Notes under the pieces: model-generated
Database searches by the model: none
Told to the model about the DNA's origin: nothing
The model's input: only the letters and a program-made list of their open reading frames with translations
Shown: one piece after another, positions 8,776 to 17,691 of the stretch
Position numbering within the stretch: the first letter of the stretch is position 1
How the letters are laid out: the number at the start of each line of letters is the position of its first letter
Program-made: the position numbers and the translations under genes
Assembly (NCBI GenBank): GCA_946415645.1
Contig: CAMKTJ010000011.1
Coordinates: forward strand, 2,627-66,626
DNA: 64,000 nucleotides
Direction: 5' to 3'
Origin: an uncultured Prevotellaceae bacterium
GTDB lineage: Bacteria; Bacteroidota; Bacteroidia; Bacteroidales; Bacteroidaceae

Positions 8776-10667
8776 TTGGATTCCTGTGCTTTCTCTATTT
8801 CTTTCTTGAACTGATTAACATCAGGGTAGCCAATTTTCTTGAAGGTCATTTTGCCCTGAGGATCGTAGATGGCATAGGTAGGAATACCGTTGGACTCGTA
8901 CTTGTCAAGGATGTAGTTATACTGCTCTTTTGTCAGATAGTAGTGGTCACCGTCTATCTCCTTGATCATCTCCTGCCAAGTAGCCAGGGGGGAAGAGGGC
9001 GATGTGATATAGACAAACTGTATGTTCTCACCCTTCATCTCCTCCTTCATAGGCTTCATAGCCTTATGACCGGCACGACAAGGCCCGCACCACGTTGCCC
9101 AGATATCAATGACCACCGTCTTACCCTTGTATTTATCAAGGATGGTCTGCAAGATGTTCTCAGGAGCCACATCGTCATATTTCTTATAGAAGACACTCTC
9201 TTGGTTGGCCAGTTCCTGAGCAATGCGCTTCTGCTCGGCCTGATATTCGCGGATAACGTTCTTGCAATCCTCTGGGGCATCTCCACTGAGGAATCCTTCA
9301 AAAGGGTCTTTATGTTTAGCATAAACTACTTGGACGTTGCCTCTAACACCCAAAAGACTTGGTATCTCTCGAAGGGCATCATTGTAGTAATTATTCTTCT
9401 TAGCATTATGGTCATATCTGCTCACCATCGTATCCCAGAATGCCTTACTGCAAGGGGATGCAGGCTCATTCAGATACTTCCAGGTGTATGCCTTTTCTTC
9501 TTCTGTCAGAGGAAGCATATCTTTACACTTCTGGTAATTCTCTTGGTAATTCTTGTAACTTTCATAGACTGTTCCATCTTCATCTACACAATATTTGCAG
9601 AATTCCCCAGCAAAGTGACGTGTCCATTTTATATAGTTCTCCTCTACCCCCATACACAGCAGGTCTTTGGCAGCTGTGGTGTATTTGGAAGATTTGATTT
9701 GGGAAATGCACTGGTTAAAGATGTCCGTCAGGCACTTCATGCGTTCTGCTGGCGTATTGCATTCCTTCACTTTCAGATATGTCTCATAGTCATCTGTAAA
9801 GGAACGGGATTTAAAGCAGGCATCTGCCAAGTCCCTATTGGTTTTGGCGAAGCAGCCCTTGAAAGCCACAAAGGGACGATTGTCACCAGTAACCTTCATC
9901 AGAATAGAGGTCTCCTGTCCTGGAGCAACAACAATATTAGAGAAAGCCATTCCTTGTATGCTAACAGTCACTTCTCGAGTCAGCCACAGGGGTATTTCAA
10001 CCTTAACAGTACCATCATCGGCAAACGGGAACTCCTTCTCGAAATATTCCTTTGAGCCTAAAGGTGTAAAACCGCCCACATGGAGCTCCATTTTCATGGC
10101 AGGCCTATACCCCAGCATCTTAACCTTAATGGTAGCAACCCCTTTATTAATCTTGGCATCCGGCAAGGTTTCGTCCTTGGCGTATTTCACATCCTTCCAA
10201 TCATCAGGCATCACCAGCTTCTGCTTTGTCTTGCCGTCGCAGATGTTCCAGAACTTGAAATCGCGTTCGCCATATCCTTCCATGAAATCCATCTGCTTGG
10301 TATCCATTGGTACAGGGTTGAAGTGTAGGGCCAAGTTGAGCTTCCCGCTTTCAGGCACCTCATAGAAAGTATCCAACGGGAAATCCGTTTCTTCCTCAGA
10401 AGTCTTTGCTCCATTGGTAATGGCGTACTTACTACCGTCAGGTGTCTGCACAAAAGAATTCTTGCTAAAGCTAAACTTACCACCCGGATAATAGTCGGCA
10501 TGTACATGCAGTACTGTCTCCGTTGACTTCAGTTCAACCTTGGTGATTTTGAATTCACCTGTACTTTCTCCCATAAAAGCTGACGGATTGTTCCATACAA
10601 CTGTTTTCTGTGCCACAGCCGTCATACAGAAGACTGCCAGCAACGCGGTAATGATTGTGTGCTTCAT
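8772..10667 (-). CDS. secreted thioredoxin-fold (TlpA-like) protein with large N-terminal domain
   Basis: Signal peptide MKHTIITALLAVFCMTAVAQ. The C-terminal domain contains VVIDIWATWCGPCRAGHKAM (canonical WCGPC). Confidence 0.85.
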   Translation of the reverse strand: MKHTIITALLAVFCMTAVAQKTVVWNNPSAFMGESTGEFKITKVELKSTETVLHVHADYYPGGKFSFSKNSFVQTPDGSKYAITNGAKTSEEETDFPLDTFYEVPESGKLNLALHFNPVPMDTKQMDFMEGYGERDFKFWNICDGKTKQKLVMPDDWKDVKYAKDETLPDAKINKGVATIKVKMLGYRPAMKMELHVGGFTPLGSKEYFEKEFPFADDGTVKVEIPLWLTREVTVSIQGMAFSNIVVAPGQETSILMKVTGDNRPFVAFKGCFAKTNRDLADACFKSRSFTDDYETYLKVKECNTPAERMKCLTDIFNQCISQIKSSKYTTAAKDLLCMGVEENYIKWTRHFAGEFCKYCVDEDGTVYESYKNYQENYQKCKDMLPLTEEEKAYTWKYLNEPASPCSKAFWDTMVSRYDHNAKKNNYYNDALREIPSLLGVRGNVQVVYAKHKDPFEGFLSGDAPEDCKNVIREYQAEQKRIAQELANQESVFYKKYDDVAPENILQTILDKYKGKTVVIDIWATWCGPCRAGHKAMKPMKEEMKGENIQFVYITSPSSPLATWQEMIKEIDGDHYYLTKEQYNYILDKYESNGIPTYAIYDPQGKMTFKKIGYPDVNQFKKEIEKAQESK

Positions 10668-10750
10668 TGTTTTATTTATTGTCTTTTATTTACGCGAGCC
10701 TCTGTTTCTAAAACGTCACAAACTAATGCCTTTTGACCTTCACGGCAAAC

Positions 10751-11350
10751 TTAGTCCTTTGGATAAAGACCCTTGAACACTTTTGTCAGGGACTCAACCT
10801 CGGGAAGCAGACTTTTCAGTTCGTCCTCGTTCTGGTTCTTGACGGCAGTCATGGCTTTTTCCAACACATCCGTCAGCCTTTTACAGTTGCTTCCTCTATC
10901 TGGCGACCATATTGTGGCAACACGAATACTATTCCCAAAGAAGTATGTGGTTCCGTCGAATCCCAGTCGTTCATCATTGAACATACATGTTTTGACGGCA
11001 TGTTCAATTAAGTCGGAAAACTTCACAGCTGTGGCCTTGTCTGTCTTAACTTCTATAGAGTCAATCTTCAATTTTGCCTCACCAGGTCCAGCCTCTTTAT
11101 TCACGACACACTTCTTCACCTGCAGTCGTTCGGTTTGACCATAACCATAATATACGTATAATGCTGAGGGGAAATCCTCCATAGGTGTAGGAAACTTAAG
11201 CATCTGTTGTCTTGCCGTTTTAGAAAGCCAAGTCCCAAATTCCCTTTTTCCCCACGACTCCTGATGAAGTTGTGTCATGGGCTCCAATCTACTCTGAGCC
11301 TGTGCGCCAATGGCAACCACCATCAGCAATGCAAAGATTGTTCGTTTCAT
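10751..11350 (-). CDS. secreted hypothetical protein (shared leader and signal-peptide family)
   Basis: The start is taken at MKRTIFALLMVVAIGAQAQ (ATG 11350) rather than ORF-track 11383. The upstream 120 nt are homologous to the region upstream of 5067..5744. Confidence 0.7.
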   Translation of the reverse strand: MKRTIFALLMVVAIGAQAQSRLEPMTQLHQESWGKREFGTWLSKTARQQMLKFPTPMEDFPSALYVYYGYGQTERLQVKKCVVNKEAGPGEAKLKIDSIEVKTDKATAVKFSDLIEHAVKTCMFNDERLGFDGTTYFFGNSIRVATIWSPDRGSNCKRLTDVLEKAMTAVKNQNEDELKSLLPEVESLTKVFKGLYPKD

Positions 11351-11550
11351 AATAGTGTGTGTTTTTAGTTTAAAACCAAACAAAGTTAATACTTCTTATT
11401 TATATAAACGCACGAAACAGGAAAATCTTGCAGTCGGAACGAACTATTTAAGTAGTTTTAACATCAAGCCCCTGAGGAAAACAGATCACCCCTAGAGACA
11501 AAACATTGGAATGCTAAGGGATAAAAGCATTTAAACCTATGTCTAAAACT

Positions 11551-11634
11551 ATTTTCAGGGCTTGAAAATATATTTTCAAAGCTTGATAATTTATTTTCAA
11601 GGCTTGATAATAAATTATCAAAGCTTGAGAATAG
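11551..11634. repeat. four tandem 21-bp dyad-containing repeats (consensus ATTTTCAARGCTTGATAAT)
   Basis: Units start at 11551, 11572, 11593 and 11614. They are bracketed by an inverted repeat, 11514-11535 versus 11636-11668. Confidence 0.85.
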
Positions 11635-11699
11635 TTTTAAATGCCGTAATAAAGAGTTTTATCCTTAGGGGGAAAAATGTTTTCTATGGGGCATTAAAC

Positions 11700-11729
11700 A
11701 AAAAACTCCCACGTTTATCAACGCGGGAG
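11700..11729 (-). terminator. rho-independent terminator of the fasciclin operon
   Basis: The minus strand reads CTCCCGCG-TTGATAAA-CGTGGGAG followed by TTTTTT. Confidence 0.75.
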
Positions 11730-11745
11730 CTATAGGATATGACTG

Positions 11746-13875
11746 TTACCAGAGATCCTCCGGCATATCGGGATTATCATAGACCTCCTTGGGACAGAGT
11801 TCAATGTAATCCATATAGAGCTCTTTCTTGTCGGAATCCAGAACACTCTTGAATCGGATATAATAAGTAAGGTTTGGATCCATTGTACCACGCCAGATGA
11901 TACGACGGGAACACCTGATGCTGGCACGTTCCCATTTATTGGAATTGCTGGCAACCGACTGGCTGGCCTTCATAAAGCCGTTGTTTCGCATCTTCTTATC
12001 TATCTCGGCATTATAATCCTGATCATCGGTATCCGCAATGACAGCCGACTGCCCCCAGAGGTCCTGAATGCTCTTGGTAAGGTCAACGGGAATACCGGCA
12101 ACAGGAAGATTGTCAGGATCAGAACCCACATACATCTGTACCACGCCTCGGGCAGCTGTTGCCAGTACCTTATAACGTAGCTCATAGGTTCCACGCTTGG
12201 GGACGCGCGGAAGGGTAAACATCACATCGTAACGACCCAGCCACTTATCCTCGTCGCCATCGTAGTTCTCCCAACTTACATTATAACCGTTGAAGTGAAT
12301 GAAATGCGTATCATCACTCATGATGCTCATGTTGTTGAAGTAACGGTAATACTTGTCGGTAGGAATATAAACATGATTGAACTTGTCATCGGACGAATCG
12401 GCACGACGGATGCCGTTGGTCATACTCTCGGGGAAGAGGGCAAAGCAGTCAATGCGTAGGCGCTCCCTGCCCAGATTGTCGCGTGTGGCATTATTGAAAG
12501 CCAAAGGTGCATCTATGGGATAGATAATAGCATTTACCATATCGTTGATGACGGCATCCTCACTCTCCTTCTGAATCAGGCAACCTACCTTGTCGCGGTC
12601 GCAGGAATTCTCATGCCCGTCGCCTGTACGTTCCCTGTTGATATTGGGGAAGCGGTTCAAATAAACGCCATGGCTCTCCTTACTCTCGAAGATCTTTATC
12701 AACCTCTGCTTTCCCATTGTGGAATACCATTCCATGACAGGGATGGAAAGAACCTTTGAGGAACGTGAATAACCCGTCTCATTCCAATGGTACACCAATT
12801 TATTGGCCTCTATACGCATAGGCAGGATATGATAGTTAACCCATTGGTTCAGTACATTATCAGCGTTGGAGTAGTCGGCATCATGGGTATAGACATCATC
12901 CGACAGGTACATCCTATTGTCCATAATCCACTGCTGAATCAGTTCCGGTACATTAGGAGCATGAGGGTCTATACCCTGAGAGCGCCAGTAGGAATCAGGC
13001 TCGGCAAAGATGGTGAAGCCATACTTCCTGTGCTCAGGAGAAAGCGCATTAGAGGAACTGTTGCCAGAGGCATCAGTAAAGCCGTGGCTCATATAAGCCT
13101 TTAGGTCGGGAATCTTACCCGACAGGTAAAGAGTCTCGTAAACCTCGTCACGAATAACGGAAAGCGTATCGAACAATCCGCATGCACTCAGGCACTTTGC
13201 CATTACCAGGAAGCCCTCCTGGTCATCCTCGATAAGCTTTCGCAGGTACCGGGCAGCCGATACATCATCAGGTGCTATTACCTTATGCGTCTGATGAATG
13301 ACTCCGTTTATAACCGGAATGTCTAAGTTGCGGGGGTCAATGGGACAGTCGCCACAGACGAAGATAGTATCATTGTCGTTAACGGTAGAAACGGTAACCT
13401 TATGGTCCAGCATATTGGGAAGGGTCAACTCTCCGTTGTTAACCTCGGGGAATCTGAATGAATAGAAAACCTGCTCCTGCGTATCTCCTCCATCTATAAT
13501 ACTATTGTGGACAATGACCTTACGAATGGAGTCAAGCTTCACACTATCAGCAAAAGCATCCCAGGAAGGAGAGGGAATCACCTCATCATCAACAAGTTTC
13601 TGGAGGTAAGCGTCTATAGCCTCATTAGTAGGTGCAAAGACTGTATAGTTGCCTCTGGCTGAAAGCAACTGGTACAGGGTTGTACTGCTTCTGCGACTTA
13701 CAGGCACCTTTTTCAGCAGCGAAACGTATTGGCTATAGTCGGCATGCGACTCAAGATAACTGACAACAGTATGTTCCGTAAAGACATACCTTGACGAGAT
13801 ATCAACACTCTCTGTACAAGACGAGAGAAGAAGCAGAAAGACGGATACTATGAGTATGGATGTGGATATTTTCAT
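11746..13875 (-). CDS. fasciclin (FAS1) domain lipoprotein with large C-terminal domain of unknown function
   Basis: Lipobox LLLLSSC. FAS1 signatures YTVFAPTNEAIDAYL and VINGVIHQTHKVIAP are present. Confidence 0.85.
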   Translation of the reverse strand: MKISTSILIVSVFLLLLSSCTESVDISSRYVFTEHTVVSYLESHADYSQYVSLLKKVPVSRRSSTTLYQLLSARGNYTVFAPTNEAIDAYLQKLVDDEVIPSPSWDAFADSVKLDSIRKVIVHNSIIDGGDTQEQVFYSFRFPEVNNGELTLPNMLDHKVTVSTVNDNDTIFVCGDCPIDPRNLDIPVINGVIHQTHKVIAPDDVSAARYLRKLIEDDQEGFLVMAKCLSACGLFDTLSVIRDEVYETLYLSGKIPDLKAYMSHGFTDASGNSSSNALSPEHRKYGFTIFAEPDSYWRSQGIDPHAPNVPELIQQWIMDNRMYLSDDVYTHDADYSNADNVLNQWVNYHILPMRIEANKLVYHWNETGYSRSSKVLSIPVMEWYSTMGKQRLIKIFESKESHGVYLNRFPNINRERTGDGHENSCDRDKVGCLIQKESEDAVINDMVNAIIYPIDAPLAFNNATRDNLGRERLRIDCFALFPESMTNGIRRADSSDDKFNHVYIPTDKYYRYFNNMSIMSDDTHFIHFNGYNVSWENYDGDEDKWLGRYDVMFTLPRVPKRGTYELRYKVLATAARGVVQMYVGSDPDNLPVAGIPVDLTKSIQDLWGQSAVIADTDDQDYNAEIDKKMRNNGFMKASQSVASNSNKWERASIRCSRRIIWRGTMDPNLTYYIRFKSVLDSDKKELYMDYIELCPKEVYDNPDMPEDLW

Positions 13876-13880
13876 TGAAC

Positions 13881-13940
13881 GGTTAGAGGTTAGAAGTTTG
13901 CGGTTAGCGGTTAGCGGTTAGCGAAATTATGAACTATGAA
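13881..13940. repeat. (GGTTAGN)6 heptamer array plus 25-nt block GGTTAGCGAAATTATGAACTATGAA
   Basis: The 25-nt block at 13916-13940 is identical to 15536-15560. It fills the intercistronic spacer. Confidence 0.9.
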
Positions 13941-15499
13941 TTACTCTTATGCTCCCACTCCTCTGTATGCTTGCCACTACCGGCAGGAGACGCAGGAGGA
14001 ACAATGCCAGAGTGAGACTTAATAGACCCCGGGTCCTTCAAAGCCTGCTCCAGGAACATCTGAGGTGTCACCTTGACGGGTTCCTTCATGAATTCAGGAC
14101 GGCTCCAGCTATACAAAGACATCTGGAAGTACGCAGGATCTTTCTGTGGTATCAGGAAAGCTTTGTGCACGCGACCATTCCTGTCGAAGTAAGCCAGATA
14201 GTCACGTGTATAGTTGCCGTCATCCCTACGACTCTCAAAGAGTATCCAACGGTCATTGCTAGAGAAAGAGGGATAACTCTCTGCCCTACGGCTGTTGATG
14301 GGCTTGGTATCAATGAGCTGACTCGTCTGCTGGTCGAGTATCTCTATCTGTGCCGATGGGTGCCAGATATGGAAGAGTCCGTTGGGCCCCTCTGCAAAGA
14401 CAACATAACGGTTGTCGCTGGTTACACGTTGCTCTACAGCGCTACGCTCCTTGCTGATGGCATCGTAGATAAGTTCAGGCTCGCCCAACTTGCGCGTTTT
14501 CATATCAAAGGGGGCACGATACAGATTATAACGTAACTGCTTGTAATGGTTCAGCGTCTCGTTCATACCATTGTTCATATCCTCGAACTCATGACGGGCA
14601 GAACAGAAATAGAGCCATTTGCCGTCAGGGCTCCAGGAAGGGAACAACTCCAACTCTATGCTATCAGCCAAAACGGTCTCCATGGTATTCTTCTCTACAT
14701 CATAGAAGACAATATCGCTGGCAGACTCCATCACCTCTACCTTGGTAATATCACGCGTGTGGAATGACTGCATAGTATGGTCAGTACTGAAGGCTATAAT
14801 AGGCAGCGTGGGATGCCATGAGGGGTAGACAGCAGCAGATATCATCTCGGGGGTCTTCAGGAGGATGTTCTTGAGCTTGCCATTATATACTATCATGGTT
14901 GCATCATGGCAGATACGGATGTGGAACATCATATTGTCTGTACGGTAGTTCTGATAGCTGTGGCAGTTGATGCAATGTCCCAGCTTCTCGGTACTGATCT
15001 GACGGGTATTGAAGATATCGCTCTCTGAGAAATCCTCCAGGCAACGCTGTCTGATGGCCAGATGCTCGAAACCCACGTAGGTAGGAGCCAAGGCACGGTA
15101 AGAAATATAGGGGTCAATACTATCAGGACTGACCTCTATGCTGAAAGGCTGGTAACGGCTCCATTTGTCTTGCTGCTTACAATAGACATCTACTGTCATC
15201 TTCTTGCCCTTGGCAGCAACCAGCAGTTTATGCCACTCGTCCTCTGGGATGAGAACCTTGTTACCCTTGCCGTAGTTGTATTCCGTTTCGCCCGCCTTGA
15301 TGTGAGCCACCACCTCATCGGCCTGCTCCACCATAAAGTTCAGGGGTGCAATATTAATAGGTACTGTTACATCGGTATAGTCGGGATAGATAGCAGGTTT
15401 CTCACTCTCCTGCTTATAATCCTGTGGCAAAGACGGATGACGGTTACAACCGCATAGCAGCAGTAATAGGAACAAGAGTGTTAGTATATATTGTTTCAT
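13934..15499 (-). CDS. TolB-like PD40 beta-propeller lipoprotein carrying a single CxxCH motif
   Basis: Lipobox LLLLCGC. PD40-type repeats FPSWSPDGKWLYF and YPSFSSNDRWILFESRRDDG. CINCH at residues 176-180 (nt 14960-14974). Confidence 0.8.
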   Translation of the reverse strand: MKQYILTLLFLLLLLCGCNRHPSLPQDYKQESEKPAIYPDYTDVTVPINIAPLNFMVEQADEVVAHIKAGETEYNYGKGNKVLIPEDEWHKLLVAAKGKKMTVDVYCKQQDKWSRYQPFSIEVSPDSIDPYISYRALAPTYVGFEHLAIRQRCLEDFSESDIFNTRQISTEKLGHCINCHSYQNYRTDNMMFHIRICHDATMIVYNGKLKNILLKTPEMISAAVYPSWHPTLPIIAFSTDHTMQSFHTRDITKVEVMESASDIVFYDVEKNTMETVLADSIELELFPSWSPDGKWLYFCSARHEFEDMNNGMNETLNHYKQLRYNLYRAPFDMKTRKLGEPELIYDAISKERSAVEQRVTSDNRYVVFAEGPNGLFHIWHPSAQIEILDQQTSQLIDTKPINSRRAESYPSFSSNDRWILFESRRDDGNYTRDYLAYFDRNGRVHKAFLIPQKDPAYFQMSLYSWSRPEFMKEPVKVTPQMFLEQALKDPGSIKSHSGIVPPASPAGSGKHTEEWEHKSNS

Positions 15500-15501
15500 T
15501 G

Positions 15502-15560
15502 TTTAGGGGGTAGAGGTTAGGGGTTAGAGGTTAGAGGTTAGCGAAATTATGAACTATGAA
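15502..15560. repeat. (GGTTAGN)n heptamer array plus the same 25-nt block
   Basis: TTTAGGGGGTAGAGGTTAGGGGTTAGAGGTTAGAGGTTAGC followed by GAAATTATGAACTATGAA. Confidence 0.9.
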
Positions 15561-15566
15561 CTCCCC

Positions 15567-17522
15567 CTAGTACATCGGTATATCTTTGATCACACAGTAG
15601 TCCCACCAATAGGTGTCACCAAAGCGGGCTTGCAAGGCAGCTCCTATCTGATCCACCGACATACCATTTTGGGCATTAGCCTTCAGATTGGCGATGAAAC
15701 TCTGGTAACACTGTCTGATATCAGGGTCTATGTTATAGATAGAGATGTCCTCAGGACCAGTCTTCAGCTCATCATGGAAGAGCAGCATAGCCTCCTGCAC
15801 ATAACGGGGGAAAGGCTGGTCGGGGAAGAATGTATGATACTGAGCAACCTGCGCCCAGAAACAATTAACGTCTTTGTCCTGCAGACAATATGCCAGGGCA
15901 ACCTCCTGCACAAACTTGTCGTTGGTAGGTGTATGAGCCAGCTTATTGATCAGAGTGGACTCAACAAAATAATCATCGGTACCCACCATAGACGTACCGC
16001 CATTGTAGAGACGCTTTATCAAGCCAAAGCGAGGAGAAGAAGCTATGAGCGTAGTATCCTCCAGATAGGGACGCAGTTCACTGGCCCACTTCTTCTGGAA
16101 GGTAGAGTGCTCCAGCAGACGCAAATATTTCCTGACGGCATCATATTCGCCATTGATAAGCGCACAGCGGGCAAGCACACGCAAAGTATAGTATGAGAAG
16201 CCGAAGTGCATGCAGCGCTCAATGGAACGACGGATGGCAAAGCAGGTCTCGCCATAGTTGTAATAAACGAAGTCTCCTGTAGCATCGGACAGACGAATCA
16301 CAACGGAGTCGCTCATCACGGATGGCTTGGCAGGACGATTATTGTACTCGTAGCGGTGGGACAGCAGTTCGCCCTTGTTCATCAGGGCAATATCACGGAA
16401 CATTACCATCTGACGTGTAGGATTGCCTTTGGCCATACGAGCCTCGTTGAGTACATCATCCCAACGCTGATCCTCTACGGCACGGCACATACGGAACTCT
16501 GCCTGATAGTTAGGATCGGTGCAGTTCCTCTTGTCAATAAACTTATAGCTTCCTACGGCTGTTACGCCAGCCAACAGCAGGCAAAACACCACGCTCTTGG
16601 TGCTTGAACTACCCTCTTTTCTTTTGGGAAGGAAGGGAAATACCAACGGAGTAAGGCATACCAACAGGAAGGGGAACTCCAGGCCATAGTCGCGTACCGA
16701 GCTAATCTCGAATACCTTTAAACCAAAGGTCCAACGCTGGTCAGGACGCATTATGGTGGTTCCGCTATTCTCAAAGAGAGGAACCAAGCCGCATACCAAA
16801 GCTGCCAACAGCAAACCTGTCCACCCCTTGCGCCAGTCCTTACAGAACATACGCACCCCTATCAGGGCAGAAGCAACAAGGGCGTAGATACCTAAAGGAT
16901 AGTAGAACAAAGCTGCCACAAAGATGATTTGCACCAGAGGTCCGTATTTGAATCTGCCTGTATAGTCAATAGACAGAATCAGGGCAAAGAGCAAACCCAG
17001 GGTATGGTAGAAACTGTAATCAATATCCCTGAGGAAATAAACCCAGTATCCTAACTGAATCTCTGTGCAGAGCAGAGCCAGCAAGGGCAGGAAAAGAACA
17101 AAGGTCCATTCCAACCGTACATGGTACGACCGCCATGCTACGCAGAAACACAGCATCCATAACAGGATAAGCATGGCAGCACCATAGGCAGGATAGTAGA
17201 AGTACTGTGTCAGGTAAGAGCCTGCCCACGACAGGAAACCACCCGGCATTCGCATACAGTCATGGAAATACACCATGGTATCATTCCAGTACCCACGGTC
17301 CTGCATAAAATACAAGGTGTCTGCATTCTTGCCTACTAGGAACACCCAGGCAAACACCACAAACATAATGCTATACAGTATGGGTAACACCCACAGGGGA
17401 AAGTGTGTCTTTCGTCCATTTTTTGCTGCCTCCTGCACCTTGGGAGCAGGAGCAGTCACATGCTTTTGTTTAACTTTTTTGCTCATACTCGACCACAAAG
17501 ATAAAGAAATAAAATGAAACAA
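15567..17522 (-). CDS. polytopic membrane protein (about 10 TM segments) with ~300-aa C-terminal soluble domain; family not recognised with certainty
   Basis: 651-aa ORF with hydrophobic segments through residues ~40-330. An alternative start is MSKKVKQKH at 17486, and a TATCTTTG box (rc 17496-17503) lies between the two candidate ATGs. Confidence 0.8.
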   Translation of the reverse strand: MFHFISLSLWSSMSKKVKQKHVTAPAPKVQEAAKNGRKTHFPLWVLPILYSIMFVVFAWVFLVGKNADTLYFMQDRGYWNDTMVYFHDCMRMPGGFLSWAGSYLTQYFYYPAYGAAMLILLWMLCFCVAWRSYHVRLEWTFVLFLPLLALLCTEIQLGYWVYFLRDIDYSFYHTLGLLFALILSIDYTGRFKYGPLVQIIFVAALFYYPLGIYALVASALIGVRMFCKDWRKGWTGLLLAALVCGLVPLFENSGTTIMRPDQRWTFGLKVFEISSVRDYGLEFPFLLVCLTPLVFPFLPKRKEGSSSTKSVVFCLLLAGVTAVGSYKFIDKRNCTDPNYQAEFRMCRAVEDQRWDDVLNEARMAKGNPTRQMVMFRDIALMNKGELLSHRYEYNNRPAKPSVMSDSVVIRLSDATGDFVYYNYGETCFAIRRSIERCMHFGFSYYTLRVLARCALINGEYDAVRKYLRLLEHSTFQKKWASELRPYLEDTTLIASSPRFGLIKRLYNGGTSMVGTDDYFVESTLINKLAHTPTNDKFVQEVALAYCLQDKDVNCFWAQVAQYHTFFPDQPFPRYVQEAMLLFHDELKTGPEDISIYNIDPDIRQCYQSFIANLKANAQNGMSVDQIGAALQARFGDTYWWDYCVIKDIPMY

Positions 17523-17654
17523 GGAGAAACTTATCTGTTATTTATTTGGACTTATCAGGTAATAGAGGTACAAGGATAACGTCATACAATGATTGTCTGT
17601 GTTAATATTCTTTAATTTATTGACGCATATTACCACACTAATACGAATATTTGA

Positions 17655-17662
17655 TACTTTTG
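17655..17662 (+). promoter_or_regulatory. candidate -7 box (TAnnTTTG)
   Basis: TACTTTTG, 29 nt upstream of ATG 17692. Confidence 0.5.
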
Positions 17663-17691
17663 TTGCACAAAACCTTCAAATTAAAACGAAA

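Noticed and set aside
8763-10055. A long ORF (430 aa, + strand) and similar long antisense ORFs at 54504..55766, 49515..50519, 25424..26221, 31234..32016, 62658..63497, 56425..57183, 53227..53889, 15549..16196 and 13949..14536.
   Set aside because: Each lies wholly antisense to an ORF with clear family signatures (thioredoxin fold, GH29, LepB, sialidase, rhomboid, M3 peptidase and others). None has recognisable motifs or a plausible start context, and all have skewed, low-complexity composition. They are typical shadow ORFs.
11551-11634. Possibility that the 21-bp array or the heptamer arrays are CRISPR arrays.
   Set aside because: There are no unique spacers between the repeats, which are directly abutting. 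The units are far shorter than CRISPR repeats, and there are no cas genes in the window.
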